Shown in pieces: positions 9,482-18,113 of a DNA stretch of 64,000 nt; the first letter of the stretch is position 1; each line of letters starts with the position of its first letter. The stretch is from an uncultured Syntrophaceae bacterium. Lineage in GTDB: Bacteria; Desulfobacterota; Syntrophia; Syntrophales; UBA8958. The DNA is taken from positions 11,031 to 75,030 of the forward strand of contig CAZBME010000010.1 in NCBI GenBank assembly GCA_964492965.1, written 5' to 3'. Position numbers and translations under genes: made by a program. The notes under the pieces are model-generated. The model was not told the DNA's origin and ran no database searches. It was given only the letters and a program-made list of their open reading frames with translations.

Positions 9482-10318
9482 TTATTGGGCAATGACCTCC
9501 ATTAAAATGATGCGATTCTCATCAAGATTCCGGGCTACATTTTGGGACATAAGGCGTATTTCCGGCCCCAGAAGGATTTGCAGTCCTAGGGGCGGTTTCC
9601 CTCCCTCTTGCTGCTTTCTTTTGGCGGCTACCTCACGAAACCAGTTTCGGCCCAGTTCCGATGTATCACGAGCGCTCAAAATTTTAAACCCCGTTTTATC
9701 AAGGAGCTCATACAAAGCTTCCGGAGACACGAGGAAACTCATGGACGGGTCTCGCGCCCAGGGAAGCGGGAAGAGGGGAGGCCCGCCCGGACCGGCCAGG
9801 GCATCGTACATGGCAAAAAGGCCGCCGGGTTTCAATACCCGCCGAATTTCCGCATAAAGCCCGGTCTTGTCTGAAATATTCATGGCGGCATGCTGTGTCC
9901 AGACCACATCAAAAGCGGCATCCGGAAACGGCATTGCCAGGGCATTGCCGTGGAGATAGGTCAAACGGGAGGTCATGCCCAGCCGCTCGGCAATCATCCG
10001 GGCCGCCTCGCAGTACGGTTCCGTCAGGTCGAGGCCGGTGACATGGCAGCCGAATTCGTAGGCCAGATGCCGGGAAGGGCCGCCAATGCCGCAGCCGACA
10101 TCCAGGACCCGATGCTCAGCGCGCAGGCCCATCTTTCCGGCCAGCTCCAACGTGGCCTCCCGCCCCCGGACGTGAAACTCATCAATGGGCGCCGTATCTT
10201 CCGGCCGGAGATGGTCCGTGTCCTTGCCGAGGGCTGTCAGGGCCGACAGAATCGCCTCTTTCAGATCCCGGGGGGCGTAATGTGTCTCCAGGCTGTCCAT
10301 AGAATATCTGTCTTTCAT
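9482..10318 (-). CDS. Class I SAM-dependent methyltransferase (gamma-tocopherol/MPBQ-methyltransferase-like)
   Basis: 278 aa. Motif I is VLDVGCGIGGPSRHLA and the post-I/II blocks are DLTEP...GNALAMPFPDAAFDVVW...LKPGGLF. ATGA overlap with the upstream gene. Confidence 0.8.
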   Translation of the reverse strand: MKDRYSMDSLETHYAPRDLKEAILSALTALGKDTDHLRPEDTAPIDEFHVRGREATLELAGKMGLRAEHRVLDVGCGIGGPSRHLAYEFGCHVTGLDLTEPYCEAARMIAERLGMTSRLTYLHGNALAMPFPDAAFDVVWTQHAAMNISDKTGLYAEIRRVLKPGGLFAMYDALAGPGGPPLFPLPWARDPSMSFLVSPEALYELLDKTGFKILSARDTSELGRNWFREVAAKRKQQEGGKPPLGLQILLGPEIRLMSQNVARNLDENRIILMEVIAQ

Positions 10319-12426
10319 TTGAGTTGTTTAGTTGCCGGTTCATGAAAGAATACCCGGGCATCGACAATGGATACTCCCTTCCCTTCGGGATGAACAATCA
10401 CGGGATTGAGATCCAGTTCGCGAATCTCCGGGCACTGATGCATCAGGGATGATACGCGGCAGATGATCTCGACCAGGACATCCATATCGGACCGTCCCTG
10501 CCCCCTGGCCCCCTGCAGCAGGGGATAAGCCTTGAGCTCTCCGAGCATATCCTTTGCCTCCAGCTTTGTTACCGGTGCCAGGCGAATAGCCGTATCCTTG
10601 AAAATCTCTATGAAGATGCCGCCCAGCCCGACCATCACGATAGGACCGAAAACGGGATCACGCCGCCCGCCGACAAAACACTCGATCCCCTTCGGCGCCA
10701 TTTCCTGCACCAGAAAACCGTCGACTGTCGGACGCGGCTCAAGCTTTTTCATCGCCGCTTCCATCTCGGAAACGGCCTTGGTTAATGCTTTTTTCGTACG
10801 GATATTCACCTTCACACCGCCGACATCGGACTTGTGGGAGGCATCCCGTGACAGTAGCTTCAAGACGAAGGGGGGTCGTAAAGAAAGGCCGCCTACGGAT
10901 TCGGCGTCACGGATCACCTGTCCCTTCACGGGCATGATGCCTGCGGTCCCGCAGATGGCCAGGGCTTCGTCCGTCAGGGGAATCCGACCCTCTCCGGTGC
11001 ATTGTTCTTGTATGCCCCGGATGGCCTTAAGGCCGATATTATAAATAGCTTCCGGCCCGCGGCTGTCCCGTGCGGTTTTGCGTTCATGGTAGGTTGCGGA
11101 GAGGTCAAGGGCCATCGCCGCCTCCAGGGGAGACGTAAAGATGGGGTAAGGGTGATGCATCGACAAATCCACAATCTCATGCCGATCAGAAACCATGGCC
11201 ATGGAGACGGGCTTCTGATATTTTTTCACAAGCTCGTCCACGCCGGTCAGGAATGTCCGCGACATCTCGGCCTCATAATGGGACTGGTAGAGATGATTGA
11301 AAAGAACGCCGTCCACCTCTTCAAGTTTCATGGCCTCTTCCAGAATATTTGTAAAGATGGTGTAATCAAATATTTCTCCCAGATCCAGTGGATTTTGGTG
11401 GGCAATGACCCGGGTATTGTAAATGGTTTTGAGCTTCTCGATAAAGGAGGGCGGAAAGGGAACCATATCGAAGCCGTATTTCTCACAGGCGTCAGCGGAC
11501 AAAACAGCATGTCCGCCGGACCGGGAAAGCACGGCGACGCGCCGGCCTTTCATCAACGGAAGGCGGATCATTTTCACAGCGTTGACAAACTCCAGTTCGT
11601 CATCCACACGGATGACCGCCGCCTGTCGAAACGAACTGTCGACCACCGCATCATCGCTGGAAAGGGCCGTCGTATGGGATTGGGCGATCCGGGCGCTTAC
11701 AGGACTCCGGTTTGATTTCTGAATAATGATGGGTTTTTCGGCTTTCATGGCAAGATCGAAGAAAGCCCGGCCCCGTTTGAAACCTTCCAGATAAACCGTG
11801 ATCACATCGGTTTTCTCGTCCTGAAGAAAATATTCCAGAAAATCCGCTTCGTCGAGCATCAGCTTGTTGCCGATGGCCGCAAATTTCCCCGGAACGATAC
11901 CGTGTCCGGCCACGGCACGCATATAGGTCCCGCCTATGCCGCCGCTCTGAGCAATGAGGCCAACCCGGCCCCCGGTCTTGATGTCCTTATAAAAGCCGAA
12001 GGGCATCATCATCTTGATATCGAAATTAACCGTTCCCACACAGTTTGGCCCGATAAGTTTCATCCCGTATTTTTGGGCAATGGCCAGCACGTCCTCTTCC
12101 AGGGAATGATCGCCGTGGGAATACTCGCTGAAACCGCCCGATTCGATGACAATGCGTTTGATCCCTTTTTTACCGCAGGCCTCCAAGAGGGCCGGGATTG
12201 TTCTTGCCGGCGTCAAAAATATTGCGACCTCAGGCGTTTCAGGAAGGCTTGCGACATCCGTATAAACGCGAACACCACCGATTTCGCCTTCCTGGCTGCC
12301 CACACCATAGAGGTTTCCTTCATATCCATTCTGCTTGTTGTTCAGAAGAACGATCTGCCCCAGATTCATTTTGGTAACCGATGCCCCGAATACGACCATA
12401 CTGCGGGGATAAAAAAATTTTTCCAT
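10315..12426 (-). CDS. Acetate--CoA ligase family protein, ADP/NDP-forming (fused alpha/beta acyl-CoA synthetase)
   Basis: 703 aa. The N-terminal part is a CoA-binding domain (FFYPRSMVVFGAS...GPNCVGT), the middle is a ligase-CoA domain, and the C-terminal part is an ATP-grasp domain (VLKLLSRDASHKSDVGGV). Confidence 0.85.
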   Translation of the reverse strand: MEKFFYPRSMVVFGASVTKMNLGQIVLLNNKQNGYEGNLYGVGSQEGEIGGVRVYTDVASLPETPEVAIFLTPARTIPALLEACGKKGIKRIVIESGGFSEYSHGDHSLEEDVLAIAQKYGMKLIGPNCVGTVNFDIKMMMPFGFYKDIKTGGRVGLIAQSGGIGGTYMRAVAGHGIVPGKFAAIGNKLMLDEADFLEYFLQDEKTDVITVYLEGFKRGRAFFDLAMKAEKPIIIQKSNRSPVSARIAQSHTTALSSDDAVVDSSFRQAAVIRVDDELEFVNAVKMIRLPLMKGRRVAVLSRSGGHAVLSADACEKYGFDMVPFPPSFIEKLKTIYNTRVIAHQNPLDLGEIFDYTIFTNILEEAMKLEEVDGVLFNHLYQSHYEAEMSRTFLTGVDELVKKYQKPVSMAMVSDRHEIVDLSMHHPYPIFTSPLEAAMALDLSATYHERKTARDSRGPEAIYNIGLKAIRGIQEQCTGEGRIPLTDEALAICGTAGIMPVKGQVIRDAESVGGLSLRPPFVLKLLSRDASHKSDVGGVKVNIRTKKALTKAVSEMEAAMKKLEPRPTVDGFLVQEMAPKGIECFVGGRRDPVFGPIVMVGLGGIFIEIFKDTAIRLAPVTKLEAKDMLGELKAYPLLQGARGQGRSDMDVLVEIICRVSSLMHQCPEIRELDLNPVIVHPEGKGVSIVDARVFFHEPATKQLK

Positions 12427-12504
12427 CTACGATTGCTCCTTCCGCTGCACGCTTGAAATAATGGTATTGGGGAGGCTGCGGCCCGCTGACCCGGAGCCCC
12501 GCCC

Positions 12505-12541
12505 CGTATAGATTAATTAAGGTTGATGTGTCAAGTTGACA
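12505..12541 (-). promoter_or_regulatory. Candidate promoter with palindromic -35 region upstream of the 12426-6902 operon
   Basis: A 13-bp palindrome TGTCAA-G-TTGACA lies at 12529-12541. On the minus strand it supplies TTGACA, followed after 18 nt by TATACG (12505-12510). Confidence 0.3.
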
Positions 12542-12585
12542 TTGCCAATCCTGCTATCCTGAGGCTAAACTCAGTTATAATGATA

Positions 12586-13251
12586 TTATTTTAATACGAT
12601 TGCGTCGGCTAGCAGCTTCTCCGCGATATTCAGGGTGGTCTTTAAATACTTATTGGCCTGGGATTGTTTCGTGGATTTCATATCCATGACCTGGGTAATC
12701 CCGAGGAAGAGTGACCAGATGATGTCGGATAGGGCAAAACTATTGATCTCCTTGATCAGGCCCTGCGCTATCGCTTCTTCGATGATCCGTCTGGCGATTT
12801 CAAAATCGTATTTCCCTTTGCTGCTGATAACCGACCGGGATTCGGGGTTGAGTTGATTGATCAAATCCTGATGCTGGAAAAAGGTATTCGCCACCCGCAG
12901 AGAATCCGGTGCTTTTTCGTAACTGCGGACGAATATCTTAAAAAGATCTTTCACGAGGTCTCTGCCGGTTATATATTTTTTATCATTGAGCTTCTTCGCA
13001 ATGCGTTCGAACTGTTTGCCGAATTCTTCCAGAAACGGCAGCATCAGATAAGAGTACAGATCATCTTTCGTGCTGAAGTATTGATATATGGTCGGTTTGC
13101 TGATCTGGGCTTCAAAGGCGATTTCATCCATCGTCGTTTTCATGTAACCCTTTGAGAAAAATAGTGTTTTTGCCGCTTCCAGAATGCTTTGAATCCGTTG
13201 GTCCTTTTCCCGGGTTTTCCTCTCCCGGATTGCCTGCTGATGTTTTTGCAT
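12586..13251 (-). CDS. TetR/AcrR-family transcriptional regulator (AtuR-like position)
   Basis: The HTH block is TTMDEIAFEAQISKPTIYQYFSTKDDLY. The start was moved to ATG 13251 (MQKHQQAIRERK, GAGG 6 nt upstream) because the ORF-track start at 13332 falls inside the predicted promoter. Confidence 0.85.
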   Translation of the reverse strand: MQKHQQAIRERKTREKDQRIQSILEAAKTLFFSKGYMKTTMDEIAFEAQISKPTIYQYFSTKDDLYSYLMLPFLEEFGKQFERIAKKLNDKKYITGRDLVKDLFKIFVRSYEKAPDSLRVANTFFQHQDLINQLNPESRSVISSKGKYDFEIARRIIEEAIAQGLIKEINSFALSDIIWSLFLGITQVMDMKSTKQSQANKYLKTTLNIAEKLLADAIVLK

Positions 13252-13320
13252 CGATCGCCTCAAATAATGAAATATGAAAAACCTGTGTGAAGACATGGAT
13301 TTTACCAATACTTCGAGTAT

Positions 13321-13348
13321 AATATATACCAACAGTATATAATGTCAA
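13321..13348 (-). promoter_or_regulatory. Sigma70-type promoter of the TetR gene
   Basis: The minus strand reads TTGACA (13348-13343) N16 TATATT (13326-13321). Confidence 0.5.
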
Positions 13349-13409
13349 GCTGAAATCCCTCTGTACGGTTGATTCTTCAATATCAGAACAAAATATACAA
13401 AAATTTATA

Positions 13410-13450
13410 TTGACTTTAAATAAACCGTTAGTTAAATATCTACTCACGGT
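13410..13450 (+). promoter_or_regulatory. Candidate promoter and operator of the carboxylase operon
   Basis: TTGACT (13410-13415) N17 TAAATA (13433-13438). The imperfect inverted repeat ACCGTTAGT-N9-ACTCACGGT (13424-13450, 8 of 9 bp) overlaps the -10 element. Confidence 0.35.
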
Positions 13451-13506
13451 AGATTAATTAACTAGAAGTTAACAGCATAGAATATCGCATGAAAGGTGGA
13501 AAAGCC

Positions 13507-15123
13507 ATGGATGTTATAGAAACCGGAATCGATAAGAACTCCGATGAATTCAAGAAGAATTACGAGGCCATGGCATCTCTCGTGGCGGATCTCAAGTTGG
13601 AATTAAAAAAAGCGCGGGAAGATCGGCCCCAGAAAGTAATCGACCGGTTAGCCGCCCAGGGTAAGATGCCCGTGCGGAAAAAGCTGGATCTGCTCCTCGA
13701 TAAAAATACCCCGTTTCTGGAGATTGCGCCACTGGCCGCCAGAGGTGTGTATGACGGAAAGGTTCACGCGGCAGGGCTTGTGAGCGGCATTGGCGTGGTG
13801 GAGGGCCGCGAGGTCCTTGTCGTTGCCAGTGATGCCACGATCAAGGGCGGGTCGGTTTATCCCCTGGGCGTCAAGAAAAACCTTCGCTGTCAGGCCATCT
13901 GCATGGAAAACCGCCTGCCCATGGTTAATCTCCTCGATTCTGCCGGCGCCTATCTGCCCCTGCAATCGGAGATTTTCCCCGACGTCGATGACGGCGGGAG
14001 AATTTTCTACAACCAGGCAGTCATTTCCAAAATGGCCATCCCCCAGATAACGGCGGTCATGGGCCTTTGCACGGCAGGCGGCGCCTATGTGCCGGCCATG
14101 TCAGACGAGGTCGTTCACGTCAAGGGCACCGGTGCGATCTTCTTGGGCGGTCCGCCCCTCGTTCTGGCGGCTACGGGCGAAGAAGTGACCGCGGATCAGC
14201 TCGGTGGCGCGGAAGTGCACTGCATCGAGTCGGGTGTATCGGACTATTTTGCCGAGGATGACGCCCACGCCATTGCGATTGTCCGTAAAATTGTCAAAGC
14301 CCTTCCGAATAACGAGAAGGCCCGGTTGAGCCTGCGGGAGCCCAGGCCGCCTCTCTACGATCCCCGGGAACTTTACGGGGTCGTAAGCCGGGATCTGAAG
14401 GTTCCCTATGATTGCCGGGAAGTCATCGCCCGCATCGTTGACGGCAGCGAATTCCTCGAATTCAAGGAGCTCTATGGACCGACGCTTGTTTGCGGATTTG
14501 CCTATATCCACGGTTATCCCGTGGGTATCCTGGGAAATAATGGGATTCTCTTCTCGAACAGCGCCCTCAAGGCAACCCAGTTTATCCAGCTATGCGACCG
14601 GCGAAAAATCCCCCTTGTCTTCCTGCAGAACATCAACGGCTATATTATCGGCAAGGAATACGAGCGACTTGGCATCACCAAAGATGGACACAAGATGGTT
14701 AATGCGGTTTCCACCTGCACTGTACCCAAGTTCACCGTCATTGTGGGCGCCTCCTTTGGTGCAGGCAATTACGGCATGTGCGGGCGGGCCTATTCGCCGC
14801 GTTTCCTGTGGATGTGGCCTAATGCCCAGATCGGCGTTATGGGGGGCGAGCAGGCGGCAGGGGTCCTGATGACCCTCAAGAATGACCAGAACGCCAAAGC
14901 GGGACTGCCGCCCATGACCAAGGAAGAAGAACAATTGATCCGGGGGCCGATCGTGGAAGCCGCCAAGAAGGAGGGCGATGCCTACTATAGTACGGCAAAT
15001 CTATGGGATGACGGCATCCTCGATCCGGCCGACACCCGCAATGTCCTGGGGTTGGCCATCTCCGCTGCCCTTAATGCGCCTATCCGGGATGATGTGACGG
15101 GATTCGGGATATTCAGGATGTGA
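13507..15123 (+). CDS. Acyl-CoA carboxylase carboxyltransferase (beta) subunit, methylcrotonyl-/geranyl-CoA carboxylase type (LiuB/AtuC-like)
   Basis: Starts MDVIETGIDKNSDEFKKNYEAM...AAQGKMPVRKKLDLLLD. It also carries MGLCTAGGAYVPAMSDE and the end IFRM. Start placed at ATG 13507 behind AAAGGTGGA; the ORF-track start is 13489. Confidence 0.9.
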   Translation: MDVIETGIDKNSDEFKKNYEAMASLVADLKLELKKAREDRPQKVIDRLAAQGKMPVRKKLDLLLDKNTPFLEIAPLAARGVYDGKVHAAGLVSGIGVVEGREVLVVASDATIKGGSVYPLGVKKNLRCQAICMENRLPMVNLLDSAGAYLPLQSEIFPDVDDGGRIFYNQAVISKMAIPQITAVMGLCTAGGAYVPAMSDEVVHVKGTGAIFLGGPPLVLAATGEEVTADQLGGAEVHCIESGVSDYFAEDDAHAIAIVRKIVKALPNNEKARLSLREPRPPLYDPRELYGVVSRDLKVPYDCREVIARIVDGSEFLEFKELYGPTLVCGFAYIHGYPVGILGNNGILFSNSALKATQFIQLCDRRKIPLVFLQNINGYIIGKEYERLGITKDGHKMVNAVSTCTVPKFTVIVGASFGAGNYGMCGRAYSPRFLWMWPNAQIGVMGGEQAAGVLMTLKNDQNAKAGLPPMTKEEEQLIRGPIVEAAKKEGDAYYSTANLWDDGILDPADTRNVLGLAISAALNAPIRDDVTGFGIFRM

Positions 15124-15249
15124 CGGCCTTGGAAAAAGCCCATCTGCTTCGACCTTTTGGCAAGGCCGCTAAGACATGCATTGAAGACATGATCCGTAAG
15201 TTCGAAGAGATCGGATGCTATCTCCGACTAAGCTGAGAGAGGAATCAAA

Positions 15250-16737
15250 ATGTTTGAAAAGATACTTATTGCCAACCGGGGGGAAATCGCCGTCCGTATT
15301 ATGGCTACCTGCCGGGAAATGGGCATTAAAACCGTGGCCGTCTATTCCGAAGCTGATCGGGAGGCCCTCCATGTGATCGAGGCAGACCAGGCAATCTGCC
15401 TGGGCCCTGCGGAACCATCCGAAAGCTATCTCCACACAGACCGCATCATCGCTGCTGCCAAGGATACGGGAGCGCAGGCCATCCATCCCGGCTACGGGTT
15501 CCTGGCGGAGAATCACGCTTTTGCAGACCGATGTGCACAAGAAGGTGTCATCTTTATCGGTCCCCCTGCCAGGGCCATCCGGAATCTGGGAGACAAGACG
15601 GTGGCACGGCGGATCATGATCGAAAGCGACGTGCCCGTCATTCCGGGGATGATGACGGCGGAAGGGGATCCCGATATTCTGGTGCAGGAAGCCGAAAGGA
15701 TCGGCTATCCCGTTATGATCAAGGCCGCCGGCGGCGGAGGCGGAAAGGGGATGCGGATCGTACGGAATCCGGCAGAATTCCGGGAAGCCGCCGTCTCTGC
15801 CGCAAGCGAAGCCAAAAGCGCCTTCGGCAACGGAGACATTTATCTAGAAAAATATATCGAGCGGCCGCGCCATATTGAATTCCAGATTCTCGCGGATAGT
15901 CGGGGAAATGTCATTCATCTACTGGAACGGGAATGCTCGATCCAGCGGCGGCACCAGAAGATCATCGAGGAAACGCCGTCGCTTGCTCTGACGCCTGCCC
16001 TCCGGGACATCATGGGCAAAGCGGCCGTGGCCGCAGCCAAGGCCGCCGGATACGTAAACGCCGGAACGGTTGAATTTTTACTCGACGAGACGGGTAATTT
16101 CTATTTTCTGGAGGTCAATACCCGTCTCCAAGTGGAACACCCCATCACGGAGATGATCACAGGAATCGATCTGGTGCGGCAGCAGATCGAAATCGCTGCC
16201 GGCAACCCCTTGAAACTTACCCAGGAAAAAATCGTCGGCCGTGGCCACGCCATCGAGTGCCGTATCTATGCCGAGGACCCCTTGAGTGACTTTATGCCGT
16301 CACCGGGGAAAATCCACTTCGTCAAGGAACCCAGGGGGGGCGGCGTCCGGAATGATTGCGGCATATATTCCGGCTATACGGTCCCCATGGAATACGACCC
16401 CATCCTCTCAAAACTGATTACCCATGCCGAAACGCGGGAAGCATGCATAGAGCGTATGATCAGAGCCCTCAGAAGCTATGTGATCCTGGGTGTCCTGACG
16501 CCCATCCCGTTCCTCGTCGATGTGATTTCTTCGCAAGCCTTTCGTCAAGGGGAGACCTGCACGGATTTTATTGCCGCCCATTTTGGCGATTGGCAACCTT
16601 GCCTCGGGAATATCAAACTGGCGGGCCTCGCCTATGTGGCGGATCAGGTCTTGCCGCGCGGCATGAAGAACAACCTGATTCCCACAGCAGGTCAATCGCT
16701 TTCTCCGTGGCTGACGCTTGGGCATTTCCGACCCTGA
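15250..16737 (+). CDS. Biotin carboxylase subunit (BC domain plus part of the BT region) of the acyl-CoA carboxylase
   Basis: Starts MFEKILIANRGEIAVRI. It also carries GYPVMIKAAGGGGGKGMR, EVNTRLQVEHPITE and the ATP-grasp fold. Confidence 0.92.
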   Translation: MFEKILIANRGEIAVRIMATCREMGIKTVAVYSEADREALHVIEADQAICLGPAEPSESYLHTDRIIAAAKDTGAQAIHPGYGFLAENHAFADRCAQEGVIFIGPPARAIRNLGDKTVARRIMIESDVPVIPGMMTAEGDPDILVQEAERIGYPVMIKAAGGGGGKGMRIVRNPAEFREAAVSAASEAKSAFGNGDIYLEKYIERPRHIEFQILADSRGNVIHLLERECSIQRRHQKIIEETPSLALTPALRDIMGKAAVAAAKAAGYVNAGTVEFLLDETGNFYFLEVNTRLQVEHPITEMITGIDLVRQQIEIAAGNPLKLTQEKIVGRGHAIECRIYAEDPLSDFMPSPGKIHFVKEPRGGGVRNDCGIYSGYTVPMEYDPILSKLITHAETREACIERMIRALRSYVILGVLTPIPFLVDVISSQAFRQGETCTDFIAAHFGDWQPCLGNIKLAGLAYVADQVLPRGMKNNLIPTAGQSLSPWLTLGHFRP

Positions 16738-16772
16738 CAGGCAGTCGAACACTGAACAATAAGGAGGCCTCC

Positions 16773-17312
16773 ATGGAATACAACCTGAAAATCGGGAAAC
16801 TCAATCTTCCCGTTATCGCCGATCTCCCGGATGACGGCACGTTGTCGGCATCCGTCGGGAATGAGACATATGCCGCCCGCAATCGGCGAATTTCGGATAA
16901 CCAGATCCACATGGAACTCGACGGCAGGAGCCTCTGCGTCTATGTGGTTGACCTGCCGGACGGCAAACTCATCAATATCGAGGGGACGTCCTATCTGATC
17001 GAGGATGCCGACAGCCTTGCCCGGAAAAATCCCCGGAAGCGCGCGCAAAAGGAGGGCACCGGGGAGATTACCCCACCCATGCCCTCAGTGGTTGTACGCA
17101 TCCTGGTGGTGGAGGGTGAGCGGGTGGAAAAGGACCAAGGCATCATTGTGGTCGCGGCCATGAAGATGGAGGCCACCCTCTGCGCATCCTACAATGGGAT
17201 CGTTCTCAAGGTAAACGTCTCCGAGGGGGATAAGGTCATGCCCGGCCGGATCCTCGTCGATATTAAAAAAGAAGAAGCGGAAATTCCACAGCAAGATCAT
17301 CCAGTCGCTTGA
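16773..17312 (+). CDS. Biotin carboxyl carrier protein (separate BCCP subunit)
   Basis: ATG 16773 lies behind AAGGAGG (16761-16767). The C-terminal biotinyl domain carries VAAMKMEA. The ORF-track start at 16356 overlaps the BC gene and is rejected. Confidence 0.85.
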   Translation: MEYNLKIGKLNLPVIADLPDDGTLSASVGNETYAARNRRISDNQIHMELDGRSLCVYVVDLPDGKLINIEGTSYLIEDADSLARKNPRKRAQKEGTGEITPPMPSVVVRILVVEGERVEKDQGIIVVAAMKMEATLCASYNGIVLKVNVSEGDKVMPGRILVDIKKEEAEIPQQDHPVA

Positions 17313-17330
17313 TGAAAGGAGACAGGAGAG

Positions 17331-18101
17331 ATGACGGAAGACCATGTGCTCTATCGCCTGGAAAACCATGTGGCCCATATCACCCTTAATCGCGAAAGCC
17401 AGAGAAATGCCATCACCACGGAGGCCCTTACTCTTTTCCTCGCTTATCTGGACCGGGCCGAGGCCGATGAAGCCGTGCGGGCCGTACTGATTACCGGAGC
17501 GGGGGAAAAGGCCTTCTGTACGGGAGCCCAATTGGGTGACGGCCTGTCGGCGGAGGGGCAAAAAGCATTCCGGGACTATGCCCGGTTGCTCAAACGCATT
17601 GCTACGTTTCCCAAACCTACCGTCGCCCGGGTGAAGGGTTTCTGTCTGGCCGGCGGCATGGGCTTTATGCTGGCCTGCGACATCGTCATCGCCGGCGAGG
17701 ATTCCCGGTTCGGCACCCCGGAGGTCAACGTGGGCCTGTGGCCCATGATGATCGGGGCCCTGATCTTCCGCAATGTCCCCCGGAAAAAAGCGATGGAAAT
17801 GATCCTCCTGGGCGAGCGTCTCAGCGCCACGGAAGCCCTGGGTATGGGGCTGATCACGCGTGTTGCGCCGATGGATCAATTGGAAGAAACGGTTGGGGCC
17901 ATTCTGGAAAGTCTTATCGCAAAGAGTCCCATCGGCATCAGGATCGGCAAGGAGGCCTTCCATGAAGCCTCTTCCATGTCCCTGGATGAGGCGCTGGATT
18001 TTCTCTCCGAGAAGTTTCTGGCGGTAACCTCGACGGCAGATGCCCGGGAAGGCATTACGGCCTTTATCGAAAAAAGATCCCCGCAGTTTACGGGGAAATA
18101 G
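17331..18101 (+). CDS. Enoyl-CoA hydratase/isomerase family protein (methylglutaconyl-/isohexenylglutaconyl-CoA hydratase position)
   Basis: 256 aa with the crotonase fold: ITLNRESQRNAIT, FCTGAQL, CLAGGMGFMLACD. Confidence 0.85.
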   Translation: MTEDHVLYRLENHVAHITLNRESQRNAITTEALTLFLAYLDRAEADEAVRAVLITGAGEKAFCTGAQLGDGLSAEGQKAFRDYARLLKRIATFPKPTVARVKGFCLAGGMGFMLACDIVIAGEDSRFGTPEVNVGLWPMMIGALIFRNVPRKKAMEMILLGERLSATEALGMGLITRVAPMDQLEETVGAILESLIAKSPIGIRIGKEAFHEASSMSLDEALDFLSEKFLAVTSTADAREGITAFIEKRSPQFTGK

Positions 18102-18113
18102 AGGAGAAAACGC

